Source: Candidatus Cryptobacteroides avistercoris
GTDB taxonomy: Bacteria > Bacteroidota > Bacteroidia > Bacteroidales > UBA932
Length of the DNA: 64,000 bases
Assembly: GCA_017695095.1 (NCBI GenBank)
Contig: JADILW010000066.1
Span: 56,703-120,702 of the forward strand
Reading direction: 5' to 3'
The notes under the pieces are model-generated. The model was not told the origin of the DNA. It did not search any database and saw only the letters and a list, made by a program, of their open reading frames with translations. The first letter of the stretch is position 1, and each line of letters starts with the position of its first letter. A program made the translations under genes and the position numbers. Positions 8,030 to 18,026 of this stretch are shown in pieces.

Positions 8030-10084
8030 TTATTTGTTCCTCAGAACGGTCTGCCCGTTCTCGCAGTCGACCTCGATACGCGAGTCCTTGCGGATGCGCC
8101 CTTCGAGGATGGCCTTGGCGAGCTGGTTGACGAGCTCGCGCTGGATGAGTCGCTTGACGGGTCTTGCACCGTATTCGGGGTCGTAGCCGTTTTCGACCAT
8201 GTCGTCCTCGAAGGCCTTGGTGAAGCTCAGCTCCACGTTCTCGTCTTCGAGCTTCCTGCGCAGGATGTCCATCTGTATGCGCACGATCTGTCTGATGTCG
8301 TCCTTGCTGAGCGGGTCGAAGGTCACGATCTCGTCGATACGGTTGATGAACTCCGGACGCATGCGCAGCCTCAGCTCCTCCTCCTTGAGGTTGGAGGTCA
8401 TGATCAGGATGGTGTTCTTGAAGTCCACCGTGCGGCCCTTGTTGTCGGTCAGGCGTCCGTCGTCGAGCACCTGCAGCAGGATGTTGAACACATCGGGATG
8501 AGCCTTCTCTATCTCGTCGAGCAGCACCACGGAGTAGGGCTTGCGCCTTACGGCCTCGGTGAGCTGGCCGCCCTCGTCGTATCCGACGTATCCCGGAGGA
8601 GCGCCGATCAGGCGGCTGACGGTGTGGCTTTCCTGATATTCGCTCATGTCGATTCGGGTCATCATGCTCTCGTCGTTGAACAGGAACTCCGCGAGAGCCT
8701 TCGCGAGCTCGGTCTTGCCGACGCCGGTGCTGCCCATGAACAGGAACGAGCCGATAGGCCTGTGTTCGTTGGAGAGTCCGGCACGGCTGCGGCGGACGGC
8801 GTCAGAAACTGCGCTGATGGCCTTGTCCTGGCCGACCACCCTCTTGTGGAGTTCGGTCTCCATTCGCAGCAGCTTGTCCTTCTCGCTTTCGAGCATCCTG
8901 TTCACCGGGATGCCGGTCCAGCGGGCGACTATCTCAGCGATGTCCTCGGGGGTCACCGACTCGGTGATGATGGGGTCCTTTATGGCAGCCTGCTTTGCTG
9001 AGAGCTCGTCGATGCGGCTCTGGGCCTGGGCCATCTTGCCGTAGCGTATCTCGGCCACCTTGCCGTAGTTGCCCTCACGCTCGGCTATCGCTGCGTCGCG
9101 CTTGTAGTCCTCGAGGTTCTGGCGGAGATTGTTGAGTTCGGTGACTATGCCCTTCTCCTCGTTCCAGCGCTTCATCAGCGCGTCCCTCTCGGTCTTGCTC
9201 TGCCTGAGGTCCTCGTCGATCTTCTCGGACTTGAGGCTGGTGCCCTCTCGCTTGATGGCCTCCTTCTCGATTTCGAGCTGACGGATCTTGCTGTTGAGCT
9301 CGTCGATGGGCTCAGGCACTGAGTTCATCTCCAGACGGAGCTTCGAGGCGGCCTCGTCCACGAGGTCTATGGCCTTGTCCGGAAGGAAACGGTTGGTGAT
9401 GTAGCGGTGGCTGAGGTTCACGGCCGCGATCAGCGCGTCGTCCTCGATGCTCACCCTGTGGTGGTTCTCGTATTTCTCCTTCAGACCCCTGAGGATGGCG
9501 ATCGACTCGGCCGGGGTGGGCTCGTCGACCATCACCTTCTGGAAGCGGCGCTCGAGCGCCTTGTCCTGTTCGAAATACTTCTGGTATTCGTCGAGGGTGG
9601 TGGAGCCTATGGTGCGCAGTTCGCCGCGCGCCAGGGCGGGCTTCAGGATGTTGGAGGCGTCCATCGCTCCGGATGAACGTCCGGCACCCACGAGGGTGTG
9701 GATCTCGTCGATGAACAGGATGATCTGTCCGTCGCTGTCAACGACTTCCTTCACGACTCCCTTGAGCCTTTCCTCGAATTCGCCCTGATATTTCGCACCC
9801 GCTATCAGCGCTCCCATGTCGAGTGAGAACACCTTGCGGTTCTTCAGGTTCTCGGGCACCTGCCCGTTGACTATCTTCTGGGCTATGCCTTCTGAAATCG
9901 CAGTCTTGCCGACTCCCGGCTCGCCGACCAGGATAGGGTTGTTCTTGGTTCGGCGGCTGAGGATCTGCAGGACTCTTCGTATCTCCTCGTCCCTGCCGAT
10001 GACAGGGTCGAGTTTTCCTTTTGCCGCGGCCTCATTGAGGTCGATGGCATATTTGCTTAAGAATTCGTACTTGCTGTTTTCCAT
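8030..10084 (-). CDS. clpB: ClpB-type AAA+ disaggregase lacking the N-terminal domain
   Basis: Two AAA+ modules ([10 protein letters not shown] and [15 protein letters not shown] Walker A motifs) flank a long coiled-coil M-domain. The protein begins at ...[31 protein letters not shown], which corresponds to roughly residue 160 of E. coli ClpB. I chose the ATG at 10084; the track starts at a TTG at 10090. Confidence 0.9.
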   Translation of the reverse strand: MENSKYEFLSKYAIDLNEAAAKGKLDPVIGRDEEIRRVLQILSRRTKNNPILVGEPGVGKTAISEGIAQKIVNGQVPENLKNRKVFSLDMGALIAGAKYQGEFEERLKGVVKEVVDSDGQIILFIDEIHTLVGAGRSSGAMDASNILKPALARGELRTIGSTTLDEYQKYFEQDKALERRFQKVMVDEPTPAESIAILRGLKEKYENHHRVSIEDDALIAAVNLSHRYITNRFLPDKAIDLVDEAASKLRLEMNSVPEPIDELNSKIRQLEIEKEAIKREGTSLKSEKIDEDLRQSKTERDALMKRWNEEKGIVTELNNLRQNLEDYKRDAAIAEREGNYGKVAEIRYGKMAQAQSRIDELSAKQAAIKDPIITESVTPEDIAEIVARWTGIPVNRMLESEKDKLLRMETELHKRVVGQDKAISAVSDAVRRSRAGLSNEHRPIGSFLFMGSTGVGKTELAKALAEFLFNDESMMTRIDMSEYQESHTVSRLIGAPPGYVGYDEGGQLTEAVRRKPYSVVLLDEIEKAHPDVFNILLQVLDDGRLTDNKGRTVDFKNTILIMTSNLKEEELRLRMRPEFINRIDEIVTFDPLSKDDIRQIVRIQMDILRRKLEDENVELSFTKAFEDDMVENGYDPEYGARPVKRLIQRELVNQLAKAILEGRIRKDSRIEVDCENGQTVLRNK

Positions 10085-10090
10085 AATCAA

Positions 10091-10122
10091 TTATCGCCGG
10101 CCCTTTGTGGGACCGGCGATAA
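10091..10122 (-). terminator. perfect 10 bp GC-rich hairpin between secG and clpB (TTATCGCCGG/CCGGCGATAA)
   Basis: On the minus strand the hairpin ends 6 nt before the clpB ATG and is followed by TTGATTATG. It is either the secG terminator or a clpB leader structure. Confidence 0.5.
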
Positions 10123-10168
10123 CCGTTCAAATCACATTCCACTGACAAATTGTCAGTGATCCGGAAAA

Positions 10169-10534
10169 CTATTCTGCGGCAGCCTCGGGAGTGCCTTCGG
10201 TGGTCGGAGCTTCCTGCTGTATGGGAGCTGAAGGGAAGGCGGGCTGTGCGTTGTCCGTCACGTTCTCGATCTTGTCGGTGATGTCGATGCCGGCGCCGGC
10301 GGTGGTTCCGGTGGTGAATGACGCAGCCACTGAGAGAACCAGGATGAATGCCACGAGTCCCCAGGTGATCTTTTCGAGGATGTCGGCGGTCTGGCGAACT
10401 CCGAGGGTCTGGTTGCCGGCCACGAAGTTGCTCGCCATGCCTGCACCCTTGCCGTTCTGCAGCAGTACGACGATGATGAGCAGAATAGCCGCGAGGACGA
10501 TGACAACCGTCAGAATTATAAACAGGACGTTCAT
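10169..10534 (-). CDS. secG: preprotein translocase subunit SecG
   Basis: 121 aa. MNVLFIILTVVIVLAAILLIIVVLLQNGKGAG... with a second TM helix and a low-complexity tail. Confidence 0.9.
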   Translation of the reverse strand: MNVLFIILTVVIVLAAILLIIVVLLQNGKGAGMASNFVAGNQTLGVRQTADILEKITWGLVAFILVLSVAASFTTGTTAGAGIDITDKIENVTDNAQPAFPSAPIQQEAPTTEGTPEAAAE

Positions 10535-10537
10535 TTT

Positions 10538-11113
10538 CTATTGTTCTTTTTGTTTTATTTCGTCAATGAGGGATGCAAAGTAAACACTTTTTTCCGGATA
10601 ACGCAAACTTAACTTCGAATAAATGTCGATGGCCTGCTCCCTGTAATCCTGTTCAAGATAGATTTTTGCGAGAGTCTCGGTGCAGAAGTCCATGAATCTG
10701 TCGTCATCGGTGTCGGTGTATCCCTCCTCCCTTGCCTTGGTCGCGAAACGCGAGAATATACGGTCTTCGCTGCGCCGCACGGTGTCGTACTCCTCCTGCG
10801 AGAAGTAGTCGCCGCCGACCGCGCGGACCCGTTTCTGCTGCGTCTCCGCGGGGCTGCTGACGTAGGACTCGAAGAGCTTCCTGGCGTCCTTGTCGGAGCA
10901 GTCGGCCTTCTTCCCTCCCTTCACGAGCTCGTAGAGCAGGCGGCGGGAGGCGATGTGCAGAGCCGTGCGCGCGACCTGGCTTTCGGACAGCGCGCCGAGT
11001 TCAGCCATGCGGCGGCAGAGTTCCATCCGGGCGGCCCCGTACCAGGGGTAGAGGTCCACCACTCCGCTGAGCTCCTCCAAGGTCAGCCTGTGTATGTCGA
11101 TGATGTTTACCAT
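10538..11113 (-). CDS. hypothetical protein (helical/TPR-like), conserved partner of lptE-secG cluster
   Basis: Internal ATG at 11113 gives MVNIIDIHRLTLEEL... It overlaps the upstream gene's stop by 7 nt. No catalytic motif. Confidence 0.6.
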   Translation of the reverse strand: MVNIIDIHRLTLEELSGVVDLYPWYGAARMELCRRMAELGALSESQVARTALHIASRRLLYELVKGGKKADCSDKDARKLFESYVSSPAETQQKRVRAVGGDYFSQEEYDTVRRSEDRIFSRFATKAREEGYTDTDDDRFMDFCTETLAKIYLEQDYREQAIDIYSKLSLRYPEKSVYFASLIDEIKQKEQ

Positions 11114-11625
11114 TGTGCCACTGTCGCGTTGAATATGTCCTCCACGAGCTTGTCCACTATTTCCTCGCACAGCGTCGACTGCACGGCGTCGAGCGACTGG
11201 GACGAGTCGAAGTCGGCATAGCCCGAGAAGGTCGAGCCTTCGAAGTCGTCTTCAGGATATTTGCGGTTCATGAAGCTGACCCTCACGGTCACGGTGAGCC
11301 GGTTCTGCGCGGCCACCTCCTGCGCGGTCACGGAAGATGCCGACACGCTGTAGCCGGTGATCTCGCCGGTGATCTCGAGGTCGCCTTCCTGGTCAACCTG
11401 CTCGAGGCTGGTCATCTGCCGGAAACGCTGGCGCAGGGCCTCGGTGAGGTCGTTGCTGAGCGTGGGGTTCACCTGGAGCGCCTTGTACTCGAAGTAGTTT
11501 ATGGTGATGGTGCGGACGTCCGGCTGGATGGAAGTTCCGGAGAAGGAGTATATGCCGCACGAGGCGGTTCCGAACAGTATCGCGACTGCCGCCGTGACTA
11601 TGGCCGCTGCTCTTCTGATGTTCAT
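11107..11625 (-). CDS. lptE: LptE-like lipoprotein
   Basis: 172 aa. Lipobox FGTASC. Size and position (sigma-54 activator, then this gene, then secG) match the Bacteroidota LptE-family arrangement as I remember it. Sequence identity was not verified. Confidence 0.55.
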   Translation of the reverse strand: MNIRRAAAIVTAAVAILFGTASCGIYSFSGTSIQPDVRTITINYFEYKALQVNPTLSNDLTEALRQRFRQMTSLEQVDQEGDLEITGEITGYSVSASSVTAQEVAAQNRLTVTVRVSFMNRKYPEDDFEGSTFSGYADFDSSQSLDAVQSTLCEEIVDKLVEDIFNATVAQW

Positions 11626-12818
11626 TTCCCGTTCTTCTTTTCTGCCAGTTTACGATATATGGTGCGTTCGGATATGCCGAGCTCGGCGGCCGCGGGCTTG
11701 ACTTTCCCGCCGTGCTTCGCGAGGCATTTCTCTATGAGGTCGTCGTTGGCCTTCCGTATCGACATCGGCTCGTCTCCGGCCTCTTCGGGCGCGGCTTCGT
11801 CCGGCTGTTGCCTGTCTTCGCGCCTTGCTTCGATGAGCCGGGGGGCCTCCGCCTTCGGCGGCTGCTTCTGGAGCGACTCCACTATGCCGCGCAGGCGGTC
11901 CACCTCCTGCTTGAGCACGTAGATGGCGCTGATGATTCGCTGCCTGTCGTCGTCCGACATCGAGCCTGAGCTCTCCGGGCCGGAAGTGACCAGGGCGCCG
12001 CTCTCCCGGGGAATGTAGGACAGCAGGGTCTCGGGGCCGATCTCCACGCGCTCCGGGCCTGAGGTGAGCGGCTTCGACTCCAGGGCGGTGACGGTCTGCG
12101 CCACGTTCTTGAGCTGGCGGATGTTTCCGGGCCAGCGGTAGGAGGTCAGCGCGGTTATCGCCTCGTGGGTGAGGCTGACCTTGCAGAGCCCGTATTTCTC
12201 GGCGAAGTCGGTGGAGAACTTCCGGAACAGAAGGTAGATGTCGTCCTTCTCCCGGTCGCGCAGCGCGGGCATCAGAATCTGGATGCCGGTGAGGCGGTAG
12301 TAGAGGTCCTCGCGGAACTTCCCGGTGGCCACCGCGTACGCCAGGTTGACGTTGGTCGCCGCTATCACGCGCACGTCGGTCTTCTCGACCTTCGACGAGC
12401 CCACCTTTATATATTCGCCGTTCTGGAGCACTCGGAGCAGCAGGGCCTGGGTCTCCTTCGGCAGCTCCCCGATCTCGTCGAGGAAGAGGGTCCCTCCGTC
12501 GGCCTCTTCGAAATAACCCTTCCTCTCGCCTATGGCTCCGGTGAAAGCCCCCTTCTCGTGGCCGAAGAGCTCGGCGTTGATGGTACCTTCGGGAATCGCC
12601 CCGCAGTTGACTGCGAGGTACCTGCCCGTCCTGCGCCTGCTGTGCTGGTGTATGATCTGGGGTATGTTCTCCTTGCCGACACCGCTCTCGCCCGTGATGA
12701 GCACGGTGAGGTCGGTCGGGGCCACGGCCACCGCGGTCTCGATGGCGCGGTTCAGACCGGGGTCGTTTCCGACGATGTCGTATTTGTTCTTCAGTCTTTG
12801 GAGTTCTTGGGAATCCAT
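11622..12818 (-). CDS. sigma-54-dependent transcriptional activator (AAA+ plus Fis-type HTH, no N-terminal sensory domain)
   Basis: Contains GESGVGKE Walker A, the GAFTGA sigma-54 contact motif (HEKGAFTGA), WPGNIRQL, and a C-terminal AAELGISERTIYRKL HTH. The AAA+ domain starts within about 15 residues of the N-terminus. Confidence 0.9.
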   Translation of the reverse strand: MDSQELQRLKNKYDIVGNDPGLNRAIETAVAVAPTDLTVLITGESGVGKENIPQIIHQHSRRRTGRYLAVNCGAIPEGTINAELFGHEKGAFTGAIGERKGYFEEADGGTLFLDEIGELPKETQALLLRVLQNGEYIKVGSSKVEKTDVRVIAATNVNLAYAVATGKFREDLYYRLTGIQILMPALRDREKDDIYLLFRKFSTDFAEKYGLCKVSLTHEAITALTSYRWPGNIRQLKNVAQTVTALESKPLTSGPERVEIGPETLLSYIPRESGALVTSGPESSGSMSDDDRQRIISAIYVLKQEVDRLRGIVESLQKQPPKAEAPRLIEARREDRQQPDEAAPEEAGDEPMSIRKANDDLIEKCLAKHGGKVKPAAAELGISERTIYRKLAEKKNGK

Positions 12819-12823
12819 AGGAG

Positions 12824-12831
12824 CAAAGTTA
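12824..12831 (-). promoter_or_regulatory. -7 box TAACTTTG (minus strand) only 5 nt from the activator start codon
   Basis: Reverse complement of CAAAGTTA. Forms half of the 32 nt near-palindrome at 12822..12853. Confidence 0.3.
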
Positions 12832-12843
12832 AGGAAATTTCCT

Positions 12844-12851
12844 TATTTTTG
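12844..12851 (+). promoter_or_regulatory. -7 box TATTTTTG for the 12899 lipoprotein gene
   Basis: Exact TAnnTTTG, 48 nt upstream of the ATG at 12899. Confidence 0.4.
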
Positions 12852-12898
12852 CTTTCAGGCCGGAAATTTGATGGCCGTTTCAATAAACTAGTTTGGTT

Positions 12899-14542
12899 AT
12901 GAAAAGAGTTATTAAACTTTTTGCATTCAGTGCAGTGATTCTCGCCGCGGCTTCCTGCGGAAAGTCAAGGACCGAGCAGATGGCTCTCGCCGAGAATGTC
13001 AGAATATCATGCACCCCCGAGGTTCTCGCCCTCGTAGGCGACAAGGTGGATGCTGAAATCACGGTTACCTTCCCCGAAAGGTACTTCTACCCCAAGACGA
13101 TTCTGGAGGTGACCCCCGTTCTCGTCTATGAGGGCGGCGAGGTCGCCGGCGAGACTTTCACCTATCAGGGAGAGAAGGTCAAGGACAACTACACAGTGGT
13201 GTCCTACGACGGCGGCTCCGTGAAGGAGAACGTCAGCTTCGACTATGCCGACGGAATGGAGAAGTCCTACCTCGAACTCCGCGGCGTCCTTTATTATAAG
13301 GATGCGGCTGTGGAGATTCCCGCGCTCAAGGTGGCCGACGGAGTCAACGTGACCCAGCTGCTCGCCGACAACGGCGGAAGCCTGTCCTTCAAGAAGGACA
13401 ACTATCAGGAGATACTCCACGAGAGCACCGAGGGACAGGTTCTCTACGACGTGAACTCCGCCGTGGTGAAGAAAAGCGAGCTCTCTTCGGAGTCGGTACA
13501 GGGCCTGCAGGCCGCCCTCGATGAAATCGAGAGCGACCCCCGCTACACCGTGACCGGAACCAGGATCATCTCCTACGCGTCTCCCGAGGGAGGCGAGGAG
13601 CTGAACGCCAAGCTTTCCGACAGGCGTGCCGAATCCGCTGAGAAGGCATGGGACAAGGTGACCGGAGGCATGCCCGCCGGCGACGTGCAGGTCCAGAGCG
13701 TGGGCCAGGACTGGGAGGGCTTCCAGGAGGCCGTCCAGAATTCCGACGTCGAGGACAAGGACCTGATTCTCCGCGTGCTTTCGATGTACAGCGACCCCGC
13801 CGTGCGCGAGAGGGAGATACGCAATATGTCCCAGATATACCAGGAAATCAGCAAGGACGTCTTCCCTGAGCTGCGCCGCGCGAGGTTCATCGCCGACGTG
13901 GACTACCGCAACTTCTCCGACGCCGAGCTCCTTGAGCTCGTGGATTCCGCGATCGAGGTGCTTGACGAGGAGGCCCTGCTCCGCGCGGCGTCAGTCGTCG
14001 AGGACAAGGACGGCAAGGCCGACATCTACAAGGAGGCGGTTTCAAGGTACGGCTCCGACAGGGCCAGGTTCAACCTTGCAGTGCTCGCCCTCGGCGACCG
14101 TCAGCCTGACGAGGCCGCAGCCTACCTCAAGGCGATAGAGAACCCCGACGCCGACGTGACCAACGCCCTCGGAGTGTGCGAATATCAGAAGGGCGACCTC
14201 AAGGCTGCCGCCGATCTCTTCAGGAAGGCCGGAACCGATGAGGCCAAGGCCAATCTCGGCATGGTGCAGATCCTGTCGGGCGACTATGACGCCGCCGCGG
14301 CGACCCTTGCCGGAACCGGCAGCGACAACGAGGCCGTGGCCTACATTCTCAGCGGCGACCTCGACAAGGCGGCCGCGGTGCAGACCGGCGACTCCGCCCT
14401 CGACAACTACATCAAGGCCGTGATCGCAGCCCGCGAGGGAGACTCCTCCACCGTGGACGCCTGCCTCGACAAGGTTGCGGCGTCCTGCCCCGAGCTTGCC
14501 GCCAGGGCTGAAAAGGATGTGGAATTCGCGAACTACAGGTAG
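12899..14542 (+). CDS. lipoprotein with OmpA-C-like motif and TPR-like C-terminal repeats
   Basis: Starts [22 protein letters not shown] (lipobox). [27 protein letters not shown] resembles the OmpA-like peptidoglycan-binding signature. The C-terminus has repeated A/L-rich TPR-like helices. Confidence 0.6.
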   Translation: MKRVIKLFAFSAVILAAASCGKSRTEQMALAENVRISCTPEVLALVGDKVDAEITVTFPERYFYPKTILEVTPVLVYEGGEVAGETFTYQGEKVKDNYTVVSYDGGSVKENVSFDYADGMEKSYLELRGVLYYKDAAVEIPALKVADGVNVTQLLADNGGSLSFKKDNYQEILHESTEGQVLYDVNSAVVKKSELSSESVQGLQAALDEIESDPRYTVTGTRIISYASPEGGEELNAKLSDRRAESAEKAWDKVTGGMPAGDVQVQSVGQDWEGFQEAVQNSDVEDKDLILRVLSMYSDPAVREREIRNMSQIYQEISKDVFPELRRARFIADVDYRNFSDAELLELVDSAIEVLDEEALLRAASVVEDKDGKADIYKEAVSRYGSDRARFNLAVLALGDRQPDEAAAYLKAIENPDADVTNALGVCEYQKGDLKAAADLFRKAGTDEAKANLGMVQILSGDYDAAAATLAGTGSDNEAVAYILSGDLDKAAAVQTGDSALDNYIKAVIAAREGDSSTVDACLDKVAASCPELAARAEKDVEFANYR

Positions 14543-14589
14543 TCCGCCAATTCTGTATCCAATACTTTTGCAAATTGTTTAAAATTGCG

Positions 14590-14597
14590 TATATTTG
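14590..14597 (+). promoter_or_regulatory. Bacteroidota promoter of the rpsL operon: TTTG (14567-14570)-N19-TATATTTG
   Basis: Exact -33/-7 consensus with 19 nt spacing. Confidence 0.55.
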
Positions 14598-14598
14598 C

Positions 14599-14633
14599 AG
14601 CCCCCAAAATTATGGGGGCTTTTATAATTTTTA
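14599..14633 (+). terminator. hairpin AGCCCCC-AAAATTAT-GGGGGCT plus T-rich run in the rpsL leader
   Basis: 7 bp GC stem immediately after the -7 box, followed by TTTATAATTTTTA, 14 nt before the rpsL ATG. It may terminate the upstream gene or act as a leader/attenuator. Confidence 0.5.
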
Positions 14634-14646
14634 TTTACAACCATTT

Positions 14647-15018
14647 ATGCCCACAATTCAACAATTGGTTCGCAAAGGACGCGAGGTTATTGAAGTGAAG
14701 TCAAAATCTCGTGCGTTGGATGCTTGCCCTCAGAAGCGTGGCGTATGCGTCAGGGTCTACACCACGACCCCCAAGAAACCTAACTCAGCAATGCGTAAGG
14801 TTGCACGTGTGCGTCTGACTAACGCCAAGGAGGTCAATGCCTACATTCCCGGCGAGGGCCACAACCTCCAGGAGCACTCAATCGTGCTCGTGCGCGGAGG
14901 CCGTGTGAAGGACCTTCCGGGTGTACGTTACCACATCCTCAGGGGCGCTTTGGACACAGCCGGAGTTGAAGGACGCACCCAGTCCCGCTCGCTCTACGGC
15001 GCCAAGAGGCCGAAGTAA
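14647..15018 (+). CDS. rpsL: 30S ribosomal protein S12
   Basis: [13 protein letters not shown]...[14 protein letters not shown]...; 123 aa from the internal ATG of track ORF 14575..15018. Confidence 0.97.
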   Translation: MPTIQQLVRKGREVIEVKSKSRALDACPQKRGVCVRVYTTTPKKPNSAMRKVARVRLTNAKEVNAYIPGEGHNLQEHSIVLVRGGRVKDLPGVRYHILRGALDTAGVEGRTQSRSLYGAKRPK

Positions 15019-15060
15019 TCTCCGCAAGGGATGGTTTAACAAAATTTAATCTTTTAACAG

Positions 15061-15537
15061 ATGAGAAAAGCAAAGCCTAAGAAGAGGATTCTACTTCCTG
15101 ATCCCAAGTATCACGACACGCAGGTTACACGTTTCGTGAACAATCTCATGTTGCAGGGGAAGAAGAGTATCGCGTATTCTATTTTTTACGATGCCATTGA
15201 TCTGGTAGGCGAGAAGATGAAAGATTCTGACAAGGCTCCTCTCGATATTTGGAGGAAGGCTCTCGAGAACGTGACCCCTCAGATTGAGGTGAAGTCACGC
15301 CGTATCGGAGGTGCCAACTTCCAGGTGCCCACGGAGTTGCGTCCTGAAAGGAAGATTTCGCTCTCGATGAAGAACATGATCAACTTCGCCCGCAAGCGCT
15401 CAGGCCACTCCATGGCAGAAAAACTTTGCGCCGAGATCGTCGCCGCATACAACAACGAAGGCGGCGCCTACAAGCGCAAGGAAGACATGCACAAGATGGC
15501 AGAAGCCAACAAGGCATTCGCACATTTCCGTTTTTAG
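15061..15537 (+). CDS. rpsG: 30S ribosomal protein S7
   Basis: 158 aa. Typical S7 sequence, located between rpsL and fusA. Confidence 0.96.
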   Translation: MRKAKPKKRILLPDPKYHDTQVTRFVNNLMLQGKKSIAYSIFYDAIDLVGEKMKDSDKAPLDIWRKALENVTPQIEVKSRRIGGANFQVPTELRPERKISLSMKNMINFARKRSGHSMAEKLCAEIVAAYNNEGGAYKRKEDMHKMAEANKAFAHFRF

Positions 15538-15550
15538 TTGATTTCGTCAG

Positions 15551-17665
15551 ATGGCAAAAAGAGATCTTAAGTACACGAGAAACATCGGCATCATGGCCCA
15601 CATCGATGCCGGCAAGACTACCACTTCCGAGCGTATCCTCTACTACACCGGAAAGACCCACAAGATCGGTGAGGTCCACGAAGGTGCCGCTACCATGGAC
15701 TGGATGGTTCAGGAGCAGGAAAGAGGTATCACCATCACCTCGGCCGCTACGACCGCGTTCTGGCATTACAACGGAGAGACCTATCAGATCAACCTGATCG
15801 ATACTCCGGGCCACGTGGACTTCACGGTGGAAGTCGAGCGTTCTCTTCGTGTCCTTGACGGAACTGTCGCTACCTTCTGCGCTGTCGGCCGTGTCCAGCC
15901 CCAGTCTGAGACTGTATGGCGCCAGGCCGACAAATATCATGTGCCCAAGATTGCCTACGTGAACAAGATGGACCGCGTGGGAGCCGACTTCCTCGCCTGT
16001 GTCGAGGAGATCAAGACCAAGCTCGGCGCCACCGCAGTGCCCATCTGCCTCCCCATCGGATCCGAGGAGAAGTTCCAGGGTATCGTAGACCTGATCGCCC
16101 AGAAGGCAATCTACTACGATGCCGGCGAAGAACTCGTGAACTACGAAATCAAGGACGTTCCCGCGGAGATGAAGGACCTCGTGGCTCTCTGGAGAGACAA
16201 GCTCGTGGAGGCCGCCGCCGAGTGCGACGACGCCCTCATGGACAAATATTTCGAGGACCCCGAGTCCATCACCGAAGATGAGATCATCGCCGCCCTCCGC
16301 AAGGGAACCATCGCAATGCAGATCGTTCCCGCATGCTGCGGTTCTTCATTCAAGAACAAGGGCGTGCAGTTCCTCCTCGACGCGGTGATGAGGTATCTCC
16401 CTTCACCTCTCGACATCGGTGACACCAAGGGAACCGACCTCAACACCAACAAGGAGGTCGATCTCAAGCCTTCAGCCGCCGAGCCTTTCTGCGGACTGGT
16501 GTTCAAGATCGCAACCGACCCCTTCGTGGGACGTCTGGCATACGTCAGGGTTTATTCCGGACATCTTGACGCGGGTTCATACGTGTTCAACTCTCGCTCC
16601 GGCAAGAAGGAGAGGGTTGCGCGCCTGTACCAGATGCACTCCAACCACCAGAACCCCATAGAGTTCGTCGAGGCCGGAGACATCTGCGCCGCAGTCGGAT
16701 TCAAGGACCTGCGCACCGGTGACACCATCTGCGCCGAAGGCTGCAACATCGCCCTCGAGTCCATGGAGTTCCCCGATCCCGTAATCGGAATCGCAGTGGA
16801 GCCCAAGACCCAGAAGGATCTCGACAAGCTCGGCATCGCCCTCGGAAAGCTTGCGGAGGAGGATCCTACCTTCACCGTGAAGACCGACCACGACACCGGC
16901 CAGACCGTGATCAGCGGTATGGGTGAGCTTCACCTCGACATCATCGTCGACCGTCTGCGCCGCGAGTTCGGCGTGGAGATCAACCAGGGAGCGCCTCAGG
17001 TCAACTACAAGGAGGCCATCACCACCACCACCCAGCACCGCGAAGTCTTCAAGAAGCAGACCGGCGGCCGTGGTAAGTTCGCGGACATCATCGTCGAGAT
17101 CGGACCTGCCGACGAAGGCGTACAGGGTCTGCAGTTCGACAACCAGGTCAAGGGAGGAAACGTGCCCAAGGAATTCGTTCCCGCGGTACAGAAGGGCTTT
17201 GAGTCTGCCATGGCCAACGGCGTGCTCGCCGGCTATGAGGTTCAGTCTCTCAAAGTCACCCTGCTCGACGGCTCCTTCCACCCTGTGGACTCCGACCAGC
17301 TCTCATTCGAGCTTGCCGCCCGCATGGCTTTCCGCCACGCCTGCCCCAAATGCCACCCTGTCATTCTCGAGCCTATCATGAATCTCGAGGTCGTGACTCC
17401 GGAGGACTACATGGGAGAGATCGTGGGTGACCTCAACCGCCGCCGCGGACAGATCGTGGCCATGGATTCCACCGCCAACGGCGCCCGCATCGTGAAGGCT
17501 TTCGTTCCGCTTTCAGAGCAGTTCGGCTACGTGACCGTGCTCCGCACCCTCTCATCAGGACGCGCCACCAGCACCATGTCGTTCGATCACTACGCTGAGG
17601 TTCCTGCCGCAATGGCCAAGGACATCATCGAGAAGAGCGGATACAAGGTTCCTGAGGACGAATAG
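15551..17665 (+). CDS. fusA: elongation factor G
   Basis: 704 aa with [17 protein letters not shown] and NKMD GTPase motifs. Confidence 0.97.
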   Translation: MAKRDLKYTRNIGIMAHIDAGKTTTSERILYYTGKTHKIGEVHEGAATMDWMVQEQERGITITSAATTAFWHYNGETYQINLIDTPGHVDFTVEVERSLRVLDGTVATFCAVGRVQPQSETVWRQADKYHVPKIAYVNKMDRVGADFLACVEEIKTKLGATAVPICLPIGSEEKFQGIVDLIAQKAIYYDAGEELVNYEIKDVPAEMKDLVALWRDKLVEAAAECDDALMDKYFEDPESITEDEIIAALRKGTIAMQIVPACCGSSFKNKGVQFLLDAVMRYLPSPLDIGDTKGTDLNTNKEVDLKPSAAEPFCGLVFKIATDPFVGRLAYVRVYSGHLDAGSYVFNSRSGKKERVARLYQMHSNHQNPIEFVEAGDICAAVGFKDLRTGDTICAEGCNIALESMEFPDPVIGIAVEPKTQKDLDKLGIALGKLAEEDPTFTVKTDHDTGQTVISGMGELHLDIIVDRLRREFGVEINQGAPQVNYKEAITTTTQHREVFKKQTGGRGKFADIIVEIGPADEGVQGLQFDNQVKGGNVPKEFVPAVQKGFESAMANGVLAGYEVQSLKVTLLDGSFHPVDSDQLSFELAARMAFRHACPKCHPVILEPIMNLEVVTPEDYMGEIVGDLNRRRGQIVAMDSTANGARIVKAFVPLSEQFGYVTVLRTLSSGRATSTMSFDHYAEVPAAMAKDIIEKSGYKVPEDE

Positions 17666-17691
17666 TGTTAACGAAAAGAGAAAAATCAGAT

Positions 17692-17997
17692 ATGAATCAG
17701 AAAATCAGAATTAAACTCAAGTCTTTCGATCATATGCTCGTTGACAAGTCAGCGTCCAAGATCGTTGAGACCGTGAAGTCTACCGGCGCGAAGGTGAATG
17801 GCCCCATTCCTCTTCCCACCAACAAGAAGATCTTCACCGTGAACCGCTCCACCTTCGTGAACAAGAAGTCTCGCGAGCAGTTCGAGCTTGATTCCTACCG
17901 CAGACTGCTCGACATCGAGGATTCCAACGCCAAGACCGTGGACGCCCTGATGAAGCTTGAGCTCCCTTCCGGAGTTGAGGTGGAAATCAAAGTGTGA
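17692..17997 (+). CDS. rpsJ: 30S ribosomal protein S10
   Basis: [14 protein letters not shown]...; 101 aa from the internal ATG of track ORF 17665..17997. Confidence 0.95.
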   Translation: MNQKIRIKLKSFDHMLVDKSASKIVETVKSTGAKVNGPIPLPTNKKIFTVNRSTFVNKKSREQFELDSYRRLLDIEDSNAKTVDALMKLELPSGVEVEIKV

Positions 17998-18026
17998 TAC
18001 CGGGCGGTATCAAGACCGCCCTTCCG

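Noticed and set aside
12822-12853. 32 nt near-palindrome treated as a stand-alone regulatory hairpin.
   Set aside because: Most of the symmetry is explained by two back-to-back Bacteroidota -7 boxes (TAACTTTG on the minus strand, TATTTTTG on the plus strand) for the divergent genes. It is kept only as part of the sigma-54 activator note.
14575-14646. N-terminal extensions suggested by the ORF track for rpsL (14575), rpsJ (17665), rplM (52884), fabG (19953), mrdA (24655), pyrH (52032), lpxK (49490) and others.
   Set aside because: The extensions run through promoter boxes, hairpins or the preceding gene. The canonical protein N-termini (MPTIQQL, MNQKIRI, DTQSYKT, MKLLEGKVALITG and so on) begin at internal start codons.
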